Source: an uncultured Nitrospinota bacterium (lineage in GTDB: Bacteria > Tectomicrobia > Entotheonellia > J063 > CAVPRW01). From it: a DNA stretch of 64,000 nt. How positions within the stretch are numbered: the stretch's first letter is position 1; each line of letters begins with the position of its first letter. The stretch is from NCBI GenBank assembly GCA_963707985.1, contig CAVPRW010000017.1, positions 288,001 through 352,000 of the forward strand, read 5' to 3'. The position numbers and the translations under genes are program-made. The notes under the pieces were generated by a model. That model was not told the origin of the DNA. It saw only the letters and a list, made by a program, of their open reading frames with translations, and made no database searches. This document shows positions 30,698 to 42,457 of the stretch, piece after piece.

Positions 30698-31720
30698 ATG
30701 GCTACGTCTAGCATCGCACCCAGCCGATTGCGTCACTGGATCGCCGCATTTCTGCGGTCTGCTCAGGTGCCGGAGGAGGAGGCACAACTCATCGCCAGCG
30801 TGCGTCTCGAGGCTGCTCTACGTGACCCATTAGGTTTTGATGCTTTCGCCGCGCGTAGCCTTGGGCACGTCGTAGAGCGTATACGCACCGGCGGGCTGAA
30901 TCCGCACCCGACGATTCATGTCGTGCAGGAGGACGGACCACTGGCCCTCATGGACGGCGACGGAGGCATCGGGCAATTGGTAGGCGTCCGTGCCATGGAG
31001 CACTGCCTGCACCTTGCCGAGGTGCATGGATTGGCACTCGTGGGGGTGCGTCGGTCGTCATCGCTGGGCGCGATGTCGTATTATGCCATGATGGCTCTGT
31101 CGCGTGGGTACATCGGCTTCGCGGCGACCAACACGGAGTTGCGCATCGGCATGCCACCCTGGGGCGGGGTGACTCCAACCCTGGGGAACAACCCCTTTGC
31201 GGTGGCCATACCGGTGGCAGAGGGCGTTCCGATCGTCGTTGACATGTCTCTTACCGCGACGGAGCCTCAGGGAGAGCAGGCCGGCATGATGACGCATCGG
31301 CAGGCACTGCTCGGGGGTGGCAACGTCGCACGTGCCGTCATGGGGGGGCACAAGGGTTATGCGCTGGCGGTCGTCTTGGAGATTCTGTGCGGTGCGCTGA
31401 CCGGCGCCGGCTTTGGTCTGGCACATGCTCATGAACGCATCGGTTCGTTTGCGACACCGCCAGACTTAGGCCACCTATTTCTGACTGTGAATGTTAACCG
31501 TCTGATGCCGGTTCTGCTCTTTCAGGCGGGCGTAGCCAGACTCATCCAGCAGCTTGGAGCCTCGGAGTTGGCCACGGGTAGCGAGCGCATCTATCTGCCG
31601 GGCGAACTTGAATTCAGGCGTCGCGAGGCGCGACTCCAAGACGGCATTCCTCTACCAGAAGAGGCCATGACCACGTTGCAAACGATCGCCAAAGACCTTG
31701 GGCTGCCCCTTGAGATCTAA
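30698..31720 (+). CDS. Ldh_2 (malate/L-lactate/sulfolactate dehydrogenase-like) family oxidoreductase, atypical active site
   Basis: DGDGGIGQ, LGNNPFAVAIP, GGHKGYAL, YLPGE. Confidence 0.8.
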   Translation: MATSSIAPSRLRHWIAAFLRSAQVPEEEAQLIASVRLEAALRDPLGFDAFAARSLGHVVERIRTGGLNPHPTIHVVQEDGPLALMDGDGGIGQLVGVRAMEHCLHLAEVHGLALVGVRRSSSLGAMSYYAMMALSRGYIGFAATNTELRIGMPPWGGVTPTLGNNPFAVAIPVAEGVPIVVDMSLTATEPQGEQAGMMTHRQALLGGGNVARAVMGGHKGYALAVVLEILCGALTGAGFGLAHAHERIGSFATPPDLGHLFLTVNVNRLMPVLLFQAGVARLIQQLGASELATGSERIYLPGELEFRRREARLQDGIPLPEEAMTTLQTIAKDLGLPLEI

Positions 31721-31742
31721 ACCCAATTGCCGGGAGATGACT

Positions 31743-32246
31743 ATGGATACGTTCCAGTGTATCCGCACGCGGCGCACCACCCGCGCCTTCTTGCCGACAG
31801 ACGTCCCCCAACAAACCATCCAAAACATTCTGGAGGCAGGCCGTCTCACCCCTAGTGCGCGCAATTTGCAACCCTGGCATTTCGTTGCGATCCAGGACAG
31901 GAACATGCTGAAACAACTGAGCCTTTTGTGCACCAGTGGACGCTTCATCGAACAGGCGCGCTGTGCCGTCGCCGTGGTCACCGACCCTACCAACAACTGG
32001 CATGAAATCGATGGGGCGCGAGCGGTGCAGAGTATGGAGCTGGCGGGATGGAATGAAGGAGTTGGCACCTGCTGGATCGGCAACATGAACCGGGACCGTA
32101 TCAAAGAGCTCCTGGGGATTCCCAATTCCCTGCATCTCTTGACCATCCTGCCCTTTGGCTACCCGGCTCAGGCCAATGCTCCCCGGCGGCGGACAAAAAA
32201 ACGCCCGGCGGAGGTCTGTCATTGGGGACGGTTCGGACAACATTGA
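31743..32246 (+). CDS. Nitroreductase family protein
   Basis: RRTTRAF, PSARNLQPWHF, GVGTCWIG, LPFGYP. Confidence 0.9.
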   Translation: MDTFQCIRTRRTTRAFLPTDVPQQTIQNILEAGRLTPSARNLQPWHFVAIQDRNMLKQLSLLCTSGRFIEQARCAVAVVTDPTNNWHEIDGARAVQSMELAGWNEGVGTCWIGNMNRDRIKELLGIPNSLHLLTILPFGYPAQANAPRRRTKKRPAEVCHWGRFGQH

Positions 32247-32302
32247 GCCTATTGCCCTTCAGCCCTCGCAGTGGCCGAGAGGTTTGTGGGAGAGAAAGTT
32301 TC

Positions 32303-33038
32303 TTGCAAGAGCCCAGGATCGCAGGCGGCCATGGGGTCATCGTGGCCATGCTGATGCTACTTGTGTACGGCCTTGCCAGCCAGGCGACCGCCGAGATATA
32401 CACCTGGGTCGATCGTGAGGGGCAGTCCCATTTCACCGATAATTATGCCATCGTGCCACCGGACTACCGTGACCGTGTTCAGTCCCGCCCAAGTTCTCCC
32501 CCCTCGCCACTACCTCCCCTGTCAGCACCTTCCTGGACACCCAAAAAGGAGAAACCGTCGAAGTCCTCACGGCCCCCTCGTCCGGCAACGAGGGGGCTGG
32601 CGAAAGTGGTCGCCGTGCTCGACGGCGACACCATCATCATCGACGGTGGAGAGAAGGTCCGTTATGCCGGTCTCAATACTCCAGAGACCCACCACCCTGA
32701 CAAGCTACCCGAGTATTGCGGCCAGGAAGCCTTTGAAGCCAATCGTCGTCTGGTGGCTGGCAAGACCGTCCGGCTCGAGTTTGACGAACGTCGACGTGAC
32801 AAATACGGACGCCTCCTGGCCTACGTGTATGTGGACAGCCTGTTTGTCAACGCCGAGCTGATTCAGCAGGGGTATGGGCAGGTCTCCACCTACAAAGACA
32901 ACCAACGCCATCATGACGACTTCGCGCGCTTACAGCAAAGACGCCATCGCGGCGCGACGTGGCATGTGGGGAGGATGTGGGGACCTTCGTACCCCTAGAA
33001 CACCGTCGAAACCCTATCCCCCACGCGCAGGACGGTGA
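32303..33038 (+). CDS. Secreted DUF4124 + thermonuclease (SNase) domain protein; apparent +1 frameshift at ~32938
   Basis: Signal peptide, IYTWVDREGQSHFTD, Pro-rich linker, DGDT..RYAGLNTPE..DKYGRLLAYV; C-terminal AIAARRGMW in the next frame. Confidence 0.82.
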
Positions 33039-33039
33039 C

Positions 33040-33250
33040 AAGGATGCTGTTGCCAGGCGCGAGAGCATTGGCATGCTTCGGATCGAGGTAAAAGACTTCG
33101 GAGCGGTGGCTCAAGGTAAAGCCCATCCCCGGCACGATACCGCCACCGTTGGGCGTGGCCGGGAAACGATTGCCTTCCGCATCGACCTCCGAGAGATGGG
33201 TGGTACCATCGCTGCTGCTGTCGTGAGCGGCGTCTCCGCTGCCAAGCTTC
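33040..33250 (-). pseudogene. Internal fragment of a gamma-glutamyltransferase small subunit
   Basis: Minus strand reads DGTTHLSEVDAEGNRFPATPNGGGIVPGMGFTLSHRSEVFYLDPKHANALAPG; no start or complete gene. Confidence 0.7.
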
Positions 33251-33353
33251 TCTACCCTTGGGAAATTGCACTAATCGCGATGGATCTACGAATTCTCCAA
33301 TTGCACTCCTTCAAACGCCATGCAGATAAACACTCACATTGGAGGTTTCAGGC

Positions 33354-34412
33354 ATGCTGACATCAGCCCTGATTTTTACCGTGGTGGGCACTGGGCAGGC
33401 GGGTTATAGCGGGGATAGGGACATGGCGCGGCGTGCCGCCCTCAATCAGCCGTTTGACGTCGCCCTGGACAGGCAGGGTAATCTCTATTTTTCGGATGCG
33501 TACAACCACTGTGTACGACGTATTGAGCGCGCCAGCGGGACGATTACAACGGTCGCCGGCACCGGGGACGCGGGGTATAGTGGCGATGGCGGCGTTGCGA
33601 TCCGGGCTCAGCTCAATTCCCCCTATGGCATCGCCCTTGACACCGCCAATAATCTCTACATCGTCGATCGCCTCAACGCTTGTATCCGTTTGGTCGAGGC
33701 CGTGACGGGGATCATTCAGACCATTGCTGGCACCGGTCAACCAGGGTATGGCGGCGACGGCGGCCCAGCGCTCCTGGCACAATTGCAGGAACCGAATGAC
33801 ATGGTGCTGGATGGCCATGGACGTGCCTTCATCGCCGATGTCCAGGACCATCGTGTGCGCGTCGTCGATCTGGCCTCCCGCGTCATCACCACGTTCGCCG
33901 GTACTGGGGAAGCTGGCTCGAGCGGCGACGGCGGCCCGGCCGGTCGTGCCACTCTGCTAGGACCGCGCGCCTTGGCTTTTGGCCCAACAGGGGATCTCTA
34001 CATCTGTCTGCGCAACGATCATAAAGTGCGGCGAGTCGACATGCACACAGGGATCATCCGAACTGTGGCCGGAACCGGAGAACGAGGCTACACTGGCGAT
34101 CATGGGTCGGCGTTGCGGGCCACCTTCAATGGACCTAAGGAAATCGCCGTCGATAGCCAAGGAAATATCGTGCTCGTCGATACCGAAAACCACTGTCTCC
34201 GGCATATCGACGCGGCCAGTGGGGTAGTCACCACCGTCGCCGGTACAGGACACGCGGGCGGCAGCGGCGATGGGGGTCCAGCCATAGCAGCGATGCTGAA
34301 ACGTCCCCACGGGGCATGCCTGGACGAAGGGGGCAACATGTATATCGGTGACTCGGAGAATCACCGGGTGCGTTTCGTCTCCCTTCATGGTGCAGATGGT
34401 CTGCCCTGGTAG
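33354..34412 (+). CDS. NHL-repeat beta-propeller protein
   Basis: Six repeats of T(V/I)AGTG..G..GDGG.A..A.L..P. Confidence 0.9.
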   Translation: MLTSALIFTVVGTGQAGYSGDRDMARRAALNQPFDVALDRQGNLYFSDAYNHCVRRIERASGTITTVAGTGDAGYSGDGGVAIRAQLNSPYGIALDTANNLYIVDRLNACIRLVEAVTGIIQTIAGTGQPGYGGDGGPALLAQLQEPNDMVLDGHGRAFIADVQDHRVRVVDLASRVITTFAGTGEAGSSGDGGPAGRATLLGPRALAFGPTGDLYICLRNDHKVRRVDMHTGIIRTVAGTGERGYTGDHGSALRATFNGPKEIAVDSQGNIVLVDTENHCLRHIDAASGVVTTVAGTGHAGGSGDGGPAIAAMLKRPHGACLDEGGNMYIGDSENHRVRFVSLHGADGLPW

Positions 34413-34466
34413 CCCGCATGCCTGGTTATCTCTGCACAGGCAACCGGCAGGACACCAAGTGTCAGC

Positions 34467-34775
34467 TTAGCCGATGGCTTCCAGCCAGGCCGTCACTGCC
34501 GCCTCCAATTCCTCCAAGGGAAAGTGTTGTGGAGGGCTGGTAGCATCGATGCGATCTTCGATGAGCCCGCCTTCGGCAGACAAATATAGGCAATAGGCAT
34601 TGCCAATACGCTCCCACGAAGGCAGCACTCCAGCCTTCACGTCAACGATCTTGGCTAAGAGATCCCTCGCCCAGTCAGGGCTTCGTTGAATATCGATGAC
34701 GAGAAAGGCGGCGATCAGGTCGCGCGCGCTATCGTTGGCGCCTTTTTTCGGCCAGGAAAACTGTTGATCGGGCAT
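34467..34775 (-). CDS. Small acidic hypothetical protein (YacL/UPF0231-like; candidate immunity protein)
   Basis: 102 aa, RBS GGAGA, directly downstream of the EndoU gene. Confidence 0.55.
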   Translation of the reverse strand: MPDQQFSWPKKGANDSARDLIAAFLVIDIQRSPDWARDLLAKIVDVKAGVLPSWERIGNAYCLYLSAEGGLIEDRIDATSPPQHFPLEELEAAVTAWLEAIG

Positions 34776-34826
34776 GTCTTATCTCCATTTTCGTCGTTCG
34801 CCGAGTCGCGCCTATGGCGTGGCACC

Positions 34827-35399
34827 TCACCGTAAGGGGAAAGCCGTATTGACACGACCGTTGCTCAGCTTGGCCATGGCGATTAGGAACAGGGTGTCGT
34901 CAGACGCCGCACAGAATGGGCCTGTGTCCTGTACGGTTGATGTCGGTCGATTCGGGCCGCAGACCGCCCACTGGGGAGCATTCGCCGGACAGCGGCTGGG
35001 GTGGGTGGCGGCATACGCGATTGAGTTCAGGACTTCCGGCATGGAGCAGGCGTCTGGAAACATCGTGGAGAATTTCGACGATCGTGGATGAGCGCTGTAG
35101 CTCCACGATCCACCATAAATCCCCTGAGCGTTTGCCGGTTGACTAATGCTGAATCGGGCAACTATTGCGGGGTTGAGCCCTCCGGGTCGAGAGTGGAAAC
35201 CTGCTGGAGCATCGGTCTTCCACTCACCACAAAACACATGCACCTGGTTCACTTGTGGAGGCTTGGGGCGCTTGGTCCAGTGCGCCAGCATAGTGCAGTC
35301 GACGGCCACCGCGGTGGCGCCAGCGGAGACGGAGACGCAGCCGAGGACAATTAAGGCCAGGAGGCATACTCCTAGTCTCCGGGTAGCGTGTATACACAT
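34827..35399 (-). CDS. Secreted bacterial EndoU-family nuclease
   Basis: Signal peptide; HVFCGE, GFHS, KFSTMFP, C-terminal TAFP; RBS GAGGAG. Confidence 0.8.
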   Translation of the reverse strand: MCIHATRRLGVCLLALIVLGCVSVSAGATAVAVDCTMLAHWTKRPKPPQVNQVHVFCGEWKTDAPAGFHSRPGGLNPAIVARFSISQPANAQGIYGGSWSYSAHPRSSKFSTMFPDACSMPEVLNSIAYAATHPSRCPANAPQWAVCGPNRPTSTVQDTGPFCAASDDTLFLIAMAKLSNGRVNTAFPLR

Positions 35400-35487
35400 G
35401 CGGGGTCTCCTCGCTTAATGGCGATTGGACGGGTTGTTGGCAAGCGGTGGCTCTTGTGGCGACCCTTGGAGGAAAGGAGGTGACAAC

Positions 35488-36447
35488 ATGGTACGAGACG
35501 GCTCTATGACCAGACGCTCTTCATTCATGGCTGTGCTCCTCAGCATTGGACTGTGCATGTCCGCCCTTGGTCAAGGCCCCGGACGATGGATGAGCGGCGC
35601 GCCCATGCCTTCAGAGCGTTCGGAGGTCGCGATGGCGGCAGTGGAAGGCCGAATTTATGTCGTGGGCGGATTCGATGGTCAAACCGAACTGGAGGTCTAC
35701 GATCCGACCGCCGATCGGTGGACACGTGGCGCCCCATTCCCACGGTCGTTGCATCACGCTGCCGCTGTGGGACTTGCCGGCAAGCTCTTGGTCATCGGCG
35801 GTTACATCGATGGGTGGATTGCCTCCGATTTGGTCTACGAGTATGATCCAGCCACCGCTCATTGGCGCCCACGAGCCTCGATGCCGACGCCTCGGGGGGC
35901 ATTGGCGGCGGCGCTGATCGATGGCAAGGTCCATGCGGTTGGTGGCGTTGGGCGTGACAGACGCAATACCGGCGCACACGAGGTCTACGATCCTGCAATC
36001 GACAACTGGACAGCGCATGCGCCCTTGCCGACGCCGCGAGACCACCTGGCTGCGGCGGTGCTGGGCCGACGGTTATACGTCCTCGGCGGTCGGGTCGATG
36101 GACGCTACTCTGACAATTTGGCTAGCAACGACGAATATGATCCCGTCATCAATCGCTGGCAGACTCGTAAACCCTTGCCCACTCCGCGAAGTGGCATCGC
36201 CGCCGCCATTCTCGACGGCAAAATTTTCGTGTTCGGTGGAGAGGCGCCCTCCGGCACGTTTCATCAGGTTGAGGCCTACGATCCACAGTCTGATCGTTGG
36301 CACACCTATGCCCCCATGCCCACAGCCCGGCATGGTTTGGGGGCAGTGACAGTGGGGGAGCGCCTCTACGTCATCTCTGGCGGACCCACGCCCGGCGGTT
36401 CCGCCTCGTCCAGCAACGAGATTTTTACCCTCTTGCCCAGCCCATGA
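35488..36447 (+). CDS. Secreted Kelch-repeat protein
   Basis: Six Kelch repeats (IYVVGG..YDP..W..MPTPR); RBS AGGAGGTG. Confidence 0.9.
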   Translation: MVRDGSMTRRSSFMAVLLSIGLCMSALGQGPGRWMSGAPMPSERSEVAMAAVEGRIYVVGGFDGQTELEVYDPTADRWTRGAPFPRSLHHAAAVGLAGKLLVIGGYIDGWIASDLVYEYDPATAHWRPRASMPTPRGALAAALIDGKVHAVGGVGRDRRNTGAHEVYDPAIDNWTAHAPLPTPRDHLAAAVLGRRLYVLGGRVDGRYSDNLASNDEYDPVINRWQTRKPLPTPRSGIAAAILDGKIFVFGGEAPSGTFHQVEAYDPQSDRWHTYAPMPTARHGLGAVTVGERLYVISGGPTPGGSASSSNEIFTLLPSP

Positions 36448-36841
36448 CATTGCCTCCGGGCTTTTCTGAGCTTTGGCCACAACCTGTGCGTGGACCTACG
36501 TCACCTGTACCTTTCCTACCATGCTAGGACCAATTGCGCAACAGTGTTCAGGTCCTTGGGCACAGCGCTGTGCACCCCCAGACAGCTGCCTGGGAACTAG
36601 CCTGCAGTCATCGGGTCTAAGGAGTTGTTATGATCGAGCGGTATGCTTATAGTTAACGATCAATGATGGGTGAGTATCGTACTTGTTACAGGAGGATGAA
36701 ACGCATAAGGATGAGGTTGGATTGTTCTCATGCATGGATGTTCACGGTTGTTCCTCACACCGGCATGCCCTGCCTCGATGGCTGGCATAGCACCATGTCG
36801 CGGTGACGAGGATGGCATTAGGGTACGAAAGGGAGGAAGAC

Positions 36842-37903
36842 ATGTCACGTCGATCAATGCTTGGGATTGGGGTAGCACTCATGATCGGTGTCCTACTGGT
36901 AGGGTCACCGGGGGCACCCTTGAACGCGGCCGCTACCGGTCAGTCCCAGACACCACCTGCACCGGTGGTTGCCGTCGTGAACGGCAAGGAGATCACCGAA
37001 CAGGAGTTACTCGATCGGGTCCGCGGCGAGATGTCCAAACTCGAGGCGCAAATGTATGAGGTGCGCCGTAATGGAGCCGAGGAGTTGATATCCGACTATC
37101 TCCTCGAACAAACTGCGCAGTCTCGTGGATTAACCAAAGATCAGCTCTTGCAACAAGAGGTCGAGTCCAAGGTCAGCGAGGTCACCGACAAGGACGTCGA
37201 GAATTTTTATGCCGGCAATCAAGCACGCATCCGCAAGCCGCTCGACGAAGTTCGGCCACAGATCCTCAACTATCTTCAGCAGAACAAACTGACCGAGGCC
37301 AGGCGTATCTATCTCAAGAATTTGCGCGACAAAGCGCAGGTGAAGGTGTATTTGACGCCGCCGATCGTCGACGTCAGTGCAGCGGATGCTCCCACCAAAG
37401 GTCCTGCCAATGCCCCGATCACTATCGTCGAGTTCTCAGATTTCCAGTGCTCCTATTGCAAGCGTGTTGTCGACGTGCTCGATCAGGTGTTGGGGCACTA
37501 TCCTGACAAGGTGAAGCTGGCATTTCGTGATTTTCCCATCGCAAACATTCATCCGCAGGCGGAAAAAGCTGCTGAAGCCGCCCACTGTGCGGGGGAGCAG
37601 GGCAAGTTCTGGGAATTCCATGACCTGCTCTTTGAAAAGCAGGACGCTATCCCAACCTCGAATTTTGCCGAGCATGCCAAGACCCTCGGACTCGACGTCT
37701 CAACTTTTCAGACCTGTCTCGATGGACATAAGTACCAGGAGAAGGTCGAGAGCAACTATGCCGCTGGTGTCAAAGCCGGGGTCTCGGGAACTCCTGCGTT
37801 TTTTATCAATGGTCGGCTGTTGAGCGGGGCCCAGCCGTTGGAGGCTTTCAAGGCCGTGATCGACGAAGAGCTTGAACGCCTGGGACTCCAGGCGCAGCGA
37901 TAA
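36842..37903 (+). CDS. DsbA/thioredoxin-fold protein with SurA-like N-terminal region
   Basis: Signal peptide; VAVVNGKEIT; EFSDFQCSYC; GTPAFFING. Confidence 0.9.
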   Translation: MSRRSMLGIGVALMIGVLLVGSPGAPLNAAATGQSQTPPAPVVAVVNGKEITEQELLDRVRGEMSKLEAQMYEVRRNGAEELISDYLLEQTAQSRGLTKDQLLQQEVESKVSEVTDKDVENFYAGNQARIRKPLDEVRPQILNYLQQNKLTEARRIYLKNLRDKAQVKVYLTPPIVDVSAADAPTKGPANAPITIVEFSDFQCSYCKRVVDVLDQVLGHYPDKVKLAFRDFPIANIHPQAEKAAEAAHCAGEQGKFWEFHDLLFEKQDAIPTSNFAEHAKTLGLDVSTFQTCLDGHKYQEKVESNYAAGVKAGVSGTPAFFINGRLLSGAQPLEAFKAVIDEELERLGLQAQR

Positions 37904-38054
37904 CGGGCGGGCAAGGCACCTCGCGGCAGGACCCCCCTTGGTAATTGCACCGATTGGCAGGCTCGTGGCGTAGGGGGTACCTGGAGGCACCCAGGCAGAC
38001 ACAGGACCGCCGCGATGCGACAGGCGTTAGCTGCGAGTGGGCTGCATTTTCCTG

Positions 38055-38084
38055 TTGACACAACGCGCTACAGAGCTGTAGAGT
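38055..38084 (+). promoter_or_regulatory. Sigma70-type promoter upstream of the TPP riboswitch
   Basis: TTGACA-N18-TAGAGT just 5' of the aptamer. Confidence 0.55.
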
Positions 38085-38094
38085 GGGGCGCAAT

Positions 38095-40097
<2,003 letters not shown>

Positions 40098-40327
40098 GCT
40101 GCGACTTGCCCCTGTCGCGATAGGCAGACCAAGGGGATAGCCGTATCGAGATCGCGGGGCGCATTCGATGGCGAGTGTGCTCCTTGCGTAATTCGCAGAT
40201 AATGGAGTATTGTAGGCTAAATGACTCGCGAACAGGTATGCTGGTGCCCACTGCTCTCATACAGATGGAGCCGTGGGCGACCTCGTCACCGATGTTTAGG
40301 CGACAGCGGCGTGGGGAGGAAGTCGAC

Positions 40328-40702
40328 ATGGCCATGACAGGAAGAGACCTGGTTGAAGCCGCCCGGAAAGCGGTGCCTGAGATGTCCAATACGCAGCTGC
40401 AGGAACACCTGACCTCGGGGACCCCCATCCTCATCCTGGATGTGCGTGAGAAGGAGGAATGGGACGAGGGGCATATTCCCCAAGGGACCTTGCTCCCACG
40501 CGGCCGACTCGAAGGGCGGGTGGAGCAGGTGGCACCTGATCGGAATGCGATGATCGTCACCCATTGAGCGGGGGAAGGTCGAGCTGCCCTGGCAGGGCAG
40601 ACACTGCGCCAGATGGGCTACACTAATGTGTGCTACCTGACTGGCGGCTTCAATGACTGGAAGGCAAAAGAATTGCCAATCGAGCGTCCGTCGCCCGCGT
40701 GA
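40328..40702 (+). CDS. Rhodanese-like sulfurtransferase, probable selenoprotein (in-frame TGA at 40565-40567)
   Basis: LDVREKEEWDEGHIP..IVTH-TGA-AGEGRAALAGQTLRQMGYTNVCYLTGGFNDW: domain continues in frame past the TGA, which occupies the catalytic Cys site. Confidence 0.85.
40584..40600 (+). promoter_or_regulatory. Putative bacterial SECIS hairpin
   Basis: CTGCCCT-GGC-AGGGCAG; G-starting apical loop ~23 nt 3' of the UGA. Confidence 0.6.
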
Positions 40703-40934
40703 GCCCCCTAACGCTGACACGGACTCCAGTGGAACCGTGGGGTGCCAAACTCACCCGACACCTGTGCCGCCCGCCCTGGCACATGGGATAGCCCCCGGAA
40801 ACCCGACCTGGACTCTGTCACGGGTGGGCACCATGGCGGGCGAGTACCCACCAGAGGAAATTTTATCCTTCGAGATCTGGGCTCATGTTATGAGCCCTGC
40901 TGATCAAGACCGATCAAGAATGCGGGGGTAAGCT

Positions 40935-41360
40935 ATGCGCATCGAAGCGGGCAAAATGGTTTGCCTGGAGTATGTGCTGTCGCTCGTGGATGGTACGGTG
41001 GTCGATTCCACCGAGGGGAGCGGGCTGTGGACCTATGTGCATGGCGAGACCAAAATGCCGCCTGGTTTGAGCCGAGGCGTTGAGGGGCTTGAGGTGGGGG
41101 GGCACACCCGCCTCGAGCTGTCCCCCGAGGACGCCTTTGGCGCCATCGATCCCGCGGCGTTTCAGGATGTGCCGAGGGTGATGGTGCCCGAGTCGGCCCT
41201 GCGGGTGGGTTACGCTGGCGAATTGCCTGGCCCTGGGGGGACGCTCATTCCATTTAAGATTCAGGCCATTCACGAAGAGACCGTGACTCTCAATCTCAAT
41301 CACCCCTTGGCCGGTGAGCCTGTCATTTTCGAAGTGTGGGTGCGGCATATTCAGGATTAA
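40935..41360 (+). CDS. FKBP-type peptidyl-prolyl isomerase (SlyD-like, no His tail)
   Basis: LEY..DGTVVDST, PEDAFG, NHPLAGE..FEV. Confidence 0.9.
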   Translation: MRIEAGKMVCLEYVLSLVDGTVVDSTEGSGLWTYVHGETKMPPGLSRGVEGLEVGGHTRLELSPEDAFGAIDPAAFQDVPRVMVPESALRVGYAGELPGPGGTLIPFKIQAIHEETVTLNLNHPLAGEPVIFEVWVRHIQD

Positions 41361-41610
41361 GGCGGTTCCGGTGGCTTCGCCTGAAGGCTCGGGTGCAAAC
41401 CGCTTGACAGCAAGGCGACGATTTGATACGTAGCACCAAACTCTGAGAATTCACACAAGCCTATCGGATGTCTATTGGAATGCCCGCCGTTCCCCATGTG
41501 CAAGGAGCGGTATACCGATAGGGTAATGGGGGGTTGGAGCTGTAGGGGGGACAGAGAAACTGTGGCGGTAAGACCCTTATCCATCCGGTAGCCAGGCTGC
41601 GAGGTACGCT

Positions 41611-42042
41611 ATGCGGCGAGACACCCAGAAGCGCGCAACACGTCAGTTAGAGGCTGTATTCCAAGCTCTCCAGGGCGACCCCACTCATCCATTCGCCGAT
41701 GAGATCTACCGCAGGGTTCGCAAGAAATTGCCGCGGATTAGCCTCGCAACCGTGTATCGGAACCTGCAGCGCTTGGTTGAGGACGGCAAAATCCGTACAG
41801 TCCTCTTAGGAGAGCGGGTAGCACGCTACGACCCCGAGACCAGCGATCACGATCATTTTATCTGTGAAAGCTGCGGCCGGGTGCAAGACTTGTTCTTAGA
41901 GCGGGATCGGCAGGTAGACCTGACGCCGTTGACGAGCGATGGCTATATTGTGACCACGCATAACTTGACGGTCTATGGGTTCTGCCAAGCCTGTGTGCCG
42001 CGCAATGACACCTCAACATCAGCGGGCATGACTTCCGCGTAA
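41611..42042 (+). CDS. Fur family transcriptional regulator (PerR-like residues)
   Basis: HPFADEIY, ISLATVYRNL, RYD, HDHFICESCG..VQD, CQAC. Confidence 0.92.
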   Translation: MRRDTQKRATRQLEAVFQALQGDPTHPFADEIYRRVRKKLPRISLATVYRNLQRLVEDGKIRTVLLGERVARYDPETSDHDHFICESCGRVQDLFLERDRQVDLTPLTSDGYIVTTHNLTVYGFCQACVPRNDTSTSAGMTSA

Positions 42043-42204
42043 TATCAGAGACGACCGAGTCGCGGCATAGTGATTTCCCTTAACGCGATGCGTCAGCCCA
42101 GGAGCTTATCAGTACTTTCAAAGCTAAACGTAGGCTTTCAAGCTGCGGAAAAGCGGTCCTTGGGGGGCGTGGAAAATTTTTTGCTTGCCTTTTTTCAGTT
42201 TTCA

Positions 42205-42219
42205 TAATAATAATTATCA
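42205..42219. promoter_or_regulatory. Fur/PerR operator box
   Basis: TAATAATAATTATCA matches the 7-1-7 Fur consensus TGATAATnATTATCA at 13 of 14 positions; overlaps a promoter-like AT-rich stretch. Confidence 0.75.
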
Positions 42220-42457
42220 CTAGCATGAAATGGAGCAAGTCGGTCATCTGGGCTGGTTTGGGACGAATAGCCGTCTGGTTTCATGCCGATGACTTACTCA
42301 CGATTGCAGCGCCTGAGAGTATAGTGCTCGCAGAGCTTCGGAGGATAGGTTGACTACCGCACGGGGTCAGCCGGCGTCGACATCGTTGGGTCGACGTAGC
42401 ATGCAGACGATGGTGACGCTTCAGCATAACTCATAACGACAAGAGGGAGACCTGAGT

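Noticed and set aside
33354..36447. Periodic nucleotide repeats suggestive of an array or CRISPR
   Set aside because: Explained by NHL and Kelch protein repeats; no identical direct repeats with spacers and no cas genes
37905..38040. Possible SRP or other ncRNA in a GC-rich intergenic stretch
   Set aside because: No recognisable conserved core motif
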